DNA of 59,428 bases from Chrysochromulina tobinii (Eukaryota), in NCBI GenBank assembly GCA_001275005.1, contig JWZX01003409.1, positions 62,001 to 121,428 of the forward strand, read 5' to 3'. The translations under genes and the position numbers were made by a program. The notes under the pieces are model-generated. The model made no database searches. It was given only the letters and a program-made list of their open reading frames with translations, and was not told where the DNA came from. This document shows, in pieces, positions 54,801 through 59,428 of the stretch (position 1 is the stretch's first letter; each line of letters begins with the position of its first letter).

Positions 54801-56642
54801 AGCATGGGCTACCTTGGGACTGAGAGGGCTAGCAGCCATGGCAACCACCGCCGCCTCCGCAGGCGTTGCCGAAGCAGGCAACTTCATGACTGCAGAAAGC
54901 GTCTCCCCGAGTCGATGCTCTTGAGAGTTGATGCTCTGTCGTCGGGACGAGGGCGAGAGACTCCTTTCCGTCTGCGCCGTGACAAGTTGCCGTCCAGACC
55001 CGATCGCGAGATCGCGAGGAGCGCGAAAGCTGCGCATACCGCCGCCTGCCTTGTGACCTAGGAGGTCGCCCGACAGCTTGACGTCTCCCATCTCATCAGC
55101 GTCGATCACAAGAATTGCATCTGCTCCTTTGCCATTCGTTCCCAAAGTGTCATTCAACTGGTTCGAGCGTACAGTGCCATTCTCGGTGGGCGATGTCTGC
55201 GCCACCTTGAACCGTCGATCGAAATTCAATGAAAACTCATCCCGAAGGCGCCTTTGGAGCTCCCGACCTCGCTCAGCACTGAGTGCTCGCTCAGCTCCGG
55301 GCGAAGCTCGTGCGCTGGATGGCCCTCGCTGCTTGGCCGAAGTAGGGCGTCCTGCTGATGGAGTTGCCGCCACAACTGACGCTGACGCTGAGGAGGTGGA
55401 CGGCTCCGTGGTGGCAGGTTGCCCTTCGAGATGCGGAGCTGGAGCTGGAGCTGGAGCTGCTGCTGCTGCTCCTGCTGCCCTGCCAGACTTTGGCGATGCC
55501 CGGCCAGACTTTGGCGTTGCCCTGCCAGACTTGGGCGTGCCCAACGTCGGTGCAGCCGCTTCAGAAGCAGAGGACGAAAGCGGCGGCACTGGTGCTGACG
55601 CAAGTTCCAGGGTGTTGCTCCTGCTTCGACCTGATACTGCCGGTGCTCCTGCTGCGACTGCCGGCGCAATCGCTTCTTCCTGTTCCAGGGCCGGCGCGGG
55701 AGGCGGTGCCGGCGGTGGCACGGGCTCAGCAGATGGCGCACTCGAAACGGGCACGGGCTTAACAGGCTTCTGCCAAGGCTGCGGATTCTTTTTGTCTTCC
55801 TGCTGCTTCTTGCGGCGGAGGCGCGCGGCTTCTGCAGCAGCTGCGAGCGCAGCAGCCGTAGCTTGCGCTTCCGCCTCTGCTGCCTCTGCTGCCTCTGCTG
55901 CCGCTATTGCTGTCGCCCTCTCCTCTTCCTCTCGGAGCAAGCGGGCCTCCTCAGCGAGCTCCGCCTGAGTGGTTCCCTTAGGGGTCAAGGGTCCCTCGTC
56001 GCGAGCTAGCACGAAGACATCGAGCTCCTCTGCATGGGTGACGTTGCCAAGGGCATCCTTGAAGTCCACGAGAAAGGTTGACGGTACCCTGGCAGTAACA
56101 CGCTGGAGACCGTCGCCATGTAGGATACACTTCCCAGCGTCCGCGCACGGTGTGAGCACGTGGACGGAGAAGGGGCTATCAGGCAGTTGAATGCCAGCGA
56201 GGGATACAGAAATGTAGTAGAGCCCTGAGACGGACGGACGGTACTCGCACGTGTACTCGCCGTTCTTGTGGTCGACCAAACGTGGTTTGACGGTGGAGGC
56301 ACCTCGCACTGAAATCTGGAAGTGGTCTCCACCGGTCGTTCGTCTCCCCTCACTCTCGGTCCGGGCGATGATGGTGAAGACGGCGAGCTGCCGCGCCATG
56401 CCCATCTTGAGGCCGTCGCCTGAGACGAGACACTTCTCCGGTTTGGTCGGAGGCTCTATCTGTGCTGCTGCGGCGGCCGCTTCGAACCGCTTCTGCTCAT
56501 CAGCTTTCCTTTCCTCGGTGGCCATCTTCGAGGCACCAGCCTTCACTCCAAGAACACCTTTGCCCTTGAAGTTTGAGCTTCCACCCGCCACCTCGTCGTG
56601 CCGCGCTTCGGCAACTGGTCGACCATCGAGCAGTGCCATCAT
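51870..56642 (-). CDS. Filamin/ABP280 Ig-repeat protein
   Basis: Repeated CLVSGDGL / DHKNGEYTCEY..SGLYYISV..LPDSPFSV, LPGSPF, DLGDGRYRI, IAGSPVSF and DHKDGTYSLHF motifs. Confidence 0.88.
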   Translation of the reverse strand: MMALLDGRPVAEARHDEVAGGSSNFKGKGVLGVKAGASKMATEERKADEQKRFEAAAAAAQIEPPTKPEKCLVSGDGLKMGMARQLAVFTIIARTESEGRRTTGGDHFQISVRGASTVKPRLVDHKNGEYTCEYRPSVSGLYYISVSLAGIQLPDSPFSVHVLTPCADAGKCILHGDGLQRVTARVPSTFLVDFKDALGNVTHAEELDVFVLARDEGPLTPKGTTQAELAEEARLLREEEERATAIAAAEAAEAAEAEAQATAAALAAAAEAARLRRKKQQEDKKNPQPWQKPVKPVPVSSAPSAEPVPPPAPPPAPALEQEEAIAPAVAAGAPAVSGRSRSNTLELASAPVPPLSSSASEAAAPTLGTPKSGRATPKSGRASPKSGRAAGAAAAAPAPAPAPHLEGQPATTEPSTSSASASVVAATPSAGRPTSAKQRGPSSARASPGAERALSAERGRELQRRLRDEFSLNFDRRFKVAQTSPTENGTVRSNQLNDTLGTNGKGADAILVIDADEMGDVKLSGDLLGHKAGGGMRSFRAPRDLAIGSGRQLVTAQTERSLSPSSRRQSINSQEHRLGETLSAVMKLPASATPAEAAVVAMAASPLSPKVAHAQEAAASRKDASKKEGAKLDGAERQRHLRLWAKQLADEQSRIKAEAHAVQMLGARAQEGDAEAQAAIHAAAAGPSFASEIASEANVSPRSRPNGFAYGGIYPGTIHAHGKLWETHTVSFSIGRAGCYYLHVGLRSSGLPLPGSPFALKVLPGHAHALSTRLPTEALPLRTVVGETGSLVVHAADRVGNLCASGGDPLDAMEPTRTVECTTTDLGDGRYRINWSAKASGLYQLHVTVGGTQVYNSPVELTMLPANPDVSKCACTGTGLQRVLAGRLAVFRVKSRDRYSNPTQTPDRSVQDKGKMKFGLCAIPAAVILPAHLLTAEEAATAAPVNFKPKYTNDEIYGITKAAAAKEHAEKLKELLAMETASKQLGKAASEPAPMAPATGESPADKDAGKPNLKKLLGAAALLAKKDVREDSKEIPELKKEEREKAIATSVIEKLKAKKGGKDGGKESKEEAEERKKAVQAAAEEVAKVAKAAAEAQASAKLQVVVTAKAATVPSMPFQGVWRPGGEYEIRYMWKEAGHFDLHVWCDVEGDGERQRLPGSPFRVTVSAAQPSASGSLIGNIEKLKYSAGERIEFTPQLRDQFGNPCAIVDRTSNSNLSGGSAAEVIMKEMLAQHGDRIGDRAMQAMLKVADGIKSFVKDPFGQASGWDDQLNESTPTRGLGSPELFTRRKVTGARDSSSSSLRRKASEDSVTPELTGWVVGPKGSTPLLLQRTDKLGQFEVRNQTITLQGSYEAHFALNGVPIAGSPVSFKVNAAAPSGKNSFIVAPDQPALVKLPYELTLHAVDRYGNKLSSGGARVEVKVIGASAPCTVVDHKDGTYSLHFTVNSTGSYQVEVRIDGLKVKGTPSSVVKDKEEAQAIPADTVKNLFKTSATKPRQLKREPSSATPTKDGAGMDSQTASPLKAKSKNRKPSAPTTNVADALLESEELGGVADDEGDGAIPMDDDLAHQAPGSRAASKPAGASKLGNRLG

Positions 56643-57286
56643 GCGCTCTCCAATCTGTGAGACAGGACGCGCCGACTGTCAGCGTTAGGGCTGCGAAAAG
56701 TGCAAGGGGCGCTGTGCAGCATATCAGGCAGCGCCCAGGGAGCAGCTTCCCACCTCAGTGTCGGCAGCTCGTTGAACGTGACTCAAAAATGACAGAGCAA
56801 TGCTGTTATGGGTGACCGTTTTCATGCCGCAGCTTTCCACATTTACAGGGAGTTGGTCGGCGTAAAACGGTGTGACGGCCTTGGCTGTCGTGTGATTCAG
56901 GCCGTCGGTCGCTGACGTCTCCGACATTGCCGGCTACGACGCGGAAGGCTACCCAGCCTACCGCCGTCCACAAATAGAGGAACGCCCAACACAAGCAGAG
57001 CCAAAAATCAATCCGTGTCCAAGGAAGTTGCGCAATTCGCTCGGCGTGCATATCAATCTGCCGGCTCGACGCGACGTGCTGACCACGCCCCTCCTCAATA
57101 TCCTGCAACTCCTCAATCCCTGTGTGCCCCTCCTGAGTATCTGCTCAAAAGTACTGCCCCCCAGAACCCCGAATCATCGATGGGTGGGTAATCATCTCGC
57201 TCTTCGAGGTGGCGACTCGAGGCGGCGGCCGACGTACGTCCGCGGCGACGCGCAGCCAAAGACGTGGTGGGCGTGCTGAAGAGCAG

Positions 57287-59428
57287 ATGCAGATCGCGTT
57301 CGCTCTGCTCGTGGCACAAACTTTCGGAGCGCTAGTGATCACCCCGAGCCATGCACCTGCAGTTCTCCTTGGCCCTGCCGGACGCCACGTTCCCTCTCCA
57401 CGTGTGATCGCACGCCACGCGGCACCACATTGCATGACGCCAAAGGAAGCTGATGCGGTCGATCCTGTCGCGTCCCGAGCACCAATCGCGTCAGGGGGAG
57501 ACATTCCACGCGTCCAGCGCTGGCATCAGCGTGTTCTGGCCGCAGGCCGACGGGTCCGCCATCTCTTTGGCACCACTGCCCGTGCGGCGCTCATTGCAGC
57601 AGTGTTCATTTTGCCCGCGCGCGGCGGCGGCAGCGTGGGCGGCCCGTTGGGAGCGCAGCCCGCGCATGCGACTACGCGTGTGGCCAAAAATGCCCAGGCA
57701 GCCGACGAGCTCGATTTCGCACAAACGCAGCTGCGCAGCTCAGGCTCGCCGCTCGTGATCAAGGTAATCCAGGGGGCGGCGGTCGCGGGCACCGCGGGCG
57801 CGAGCATCGCGTATGTGCTCGCGCAGCAGCGCAAAGCCGATGAGACAAAGAAGCGCGAGGCACAGGAGTACCTCAACATGGTCATGCAAGCGGAGCAGAA
57901 GATCGTCGACGGCGATGGCGGTAAGAGCATCGGCGCCACAGTTGCCGAGGACGACCCCTTTGCCATCGCTGCGCTGCGCGAGCCTGTGGCGCCGCCGCCG
58001 CTCGAGCCGCCGCCGCTCGAGCCGCCGCCCAAGAAAAGTCTGCTCAACCTGTTCGGCACACGAAAGCCAACGGTCAGCGTACCGACGGTGGATGATCTCA
58101 CCATGGCAAGCACGCCTCAGGCCGCCCTCTGCAAGACGCTCGCTTGGTCGCTACGCGCGCCGATCGACATCGCAGCGGCGAGTACACCAGAGGAGGGCAC
58201 CGAGCTCAACCTGGATGAGGACGGCCCCGCGGCGCTCGCCATCTCCATTCTCGAGGAGCTCGATGCCGCCAAGAACGAGACGATCGGCGCCGGGCTCAGC
58301 CTGAGGGAGGTGGGCAGCTGCCTCGAGCAAGTGGGGCGTGCGATGCTGCTGCAGCGCGTCGACGCGGCGATCGCGGTGCTCAACCAGCCCGAGGCGTTCG
58401 CCGAGCAGGCAAAGTTCCTCTGCCTCTTTGCCCAGAATGCCGAGGCCGTGGCTACCTTCATGGGCGTCGAGCGGCTTGTCGGCGAAGTGCTCTACGAGGG
58501 CGCCGAGGGACGTCGTCCTCTCGAAAGGTTGTATGCGGGCTGCCTTCGGCTCGCTGCTCCCGAGCTGCTCGCGTCGATGGGGATGGGACTGGGCGGCGAA
58601 GATGGCGAGGGGGCGGCGAGCACCGGCGTGGGCCTCGATACCGTGGAGAAGCTTCGCCCGCTGCTCAAGGTGAGTGACCAGAAGGGCGAGAAGCTCGTGC
58701 AGGAGGTGATGCAGCAACAGATGATGGCGGCGATGGGACCCACGGCCGAAGGCGATGAGACGAAACAGATCGCGCAGTCGGTCGCGATGCTCGAGACACT
58801 GATCGACTCGGGCTCGATGCAGCCCGAGGACCTCGCCTCCCTCAAGGGCATGATCTCCCAATCCATGGGCATGCCTGTCGAGGAGCTCCTTCGCCGTAAG
58901 GATGAGCTTCAACAAGGGCTCCCCGAGGAAGGGAAGAAGCTCTTCACACTCCTCGAGCGTCTCTTCGGCGACGGCGCCAAGACCAAAGGCGCCAAGACCG
59001 GTGGCGCGGGCGGCAAGTCCGACAAGCTCAAGTCCGCCGGAGCTGGCAAGGGTGCTGCGGACCTGCCGGACGACCTCGAGGACGACATGAAAGTCACGGT
59101 TCGGGCGGGCGCGCTGCCGCCAACGCCGCCGGCGCCGGCTGCACTCGGGATGAAGAGTCCCGTCGCGACACCCAAAAGCAAGGCCAAAATCTCGATCAAG
59201 AAGGCGACGGACAAGGCGCCCGCCGCGGCGGCGGCCACCCCGGCGCCAGCGCCGCCGCCGACCTCGATGTGGGAAGAGCTGAAAAAGTCCGCAGAGGCGG
59301 AGAAGCCGATCTCGATTACGGAGAAGACGGCCGAGGAGCTACTGAACGAGGCGGAAGAGGCTTTTGGCTTTACGCAGCCTTCGCCTCCTCCTCCTCCTCC
59401 TCCTCCTCCTCCTCCTCCTCCTCCTCCT
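57287..59428 (+). CDS. Putative plastid-targeted membrane protein of unknown function, 3' truncated
   Basis: Manual translation MQIAFALLVAQTFGALVITPSHAP... appears open to the window end. It has a signal peptide, a basic transit-like region, a hydrophobic segment (IQGAAVAGTAGASIAYVLA) and a helical body. Confidence 0.7.
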   Translation, partial: MQIAFALLVAQTFGALVITPSHAPAVLLGPAGRHVPSPRVIARHAAPHCMTPKEADAVDPVASRAPIASGGDIPRVQRWHQRVLAAGRRVRHLFGTTARAALIAAVFILPARGGGSVGGPLGAQPAHATTRVAKNAQAADELDFAQTQLRSSGSPLVIKVIQGAAVAGTAGASIAYVLAQQRKADETKKREAQEYLNMVMQAEQKIVDGDGGKSIGATVAEDDPFAIAALREPVAPPPLEPPPLEPPPKKSLLNLFGTRKPTVSVPTVDDLTMASTPQAALCKTLAWSLRAPIDIAAASTPEEGTELNLDEDGPAALAISILEELDAAKNETIGAGLSLREVGSCLEQVGRAMLLQRVDAAIAVLNQPEAFAEQAKFLCLFAQNAEAVATFMGVERLVGEVLYEGAEGRRPLERLYAGCLRLAAPELLASMGMGLGGEDGEGAASTGVGLDTVEKLRPLLKVSDQKGEKLVQEVMQQQMMAAMGPTAEGDETKQIAQSVAMLETLIDSGSMQPEDLASLKGMISQSMGMPVEELLRRKDELQQGLPEEGKKLFTLLERLFGDGAKTKGAKTGGAGGKSDKLKSAGAGKGAADLPDDLEDDMKVTVRAGALPPTPPAPAALGMKSPVATPKSKAKISIKKATDKAPAAAAATPAPAPPPTSMWEELKKSAEAEKPISITEKTAEELLNEAEEAFGFTQPSPPPPPPPPPPPPPPP
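59385..59428. repeat. (CCT)n microsatellite at the window end
   Basis: About 14 perfect CCT units running to the last base. Confidence 0.95.

Noticed and set aside
57287..59428. Tic110-like assignment for the last gene
   Set aside because: Only the general topology is similar and no specific motif was recognised.

Overview
This is a GC-rich, gene-dense eukaryotic window with about 23 protein-coding genes and short spliceosomal introns. Composition, intron style and bipartite plastid-type leaders suggest a haptophyte-like alga (inference only). I found no supportable rRNA, tRNA, CRISPR array or autonomous transposon. Recognisable genes include UAP1, a WD40 protein, a TBC1D23-like protein, an aquaporin, a calmodulin-like protein, a TM-RING E3 ligase, DnaJ-X, ankyrin/EF-hand, GT61, a cereblon-like CULT protein, multi-PDZ, adjacent ODC and OAT, an M14 peptidase-N-terminal methyltransferase fusion, a multi-CH protein, RecQ, a TBL/PC-esterase, a giant coiled-coil protein and a filamin-repeat protein. 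The main signal is nine introns in seven unrelated genes that share sequence modules (TGATGACnnCTGATTGC...CCCTCATCAG and TGCATGCAAGTGCTCA). Eight sit between direct duplications of 14-30 nt of the host exon, and one splice site comes from the duplicated exon while the other comes from the insert. This looks like an introner-like intron-generating system with long, variable target-site duplications. Five or six +1 frameshifts all fit a two-alleles-at-a-wobble-base pattern and are probably assembly artefacts.
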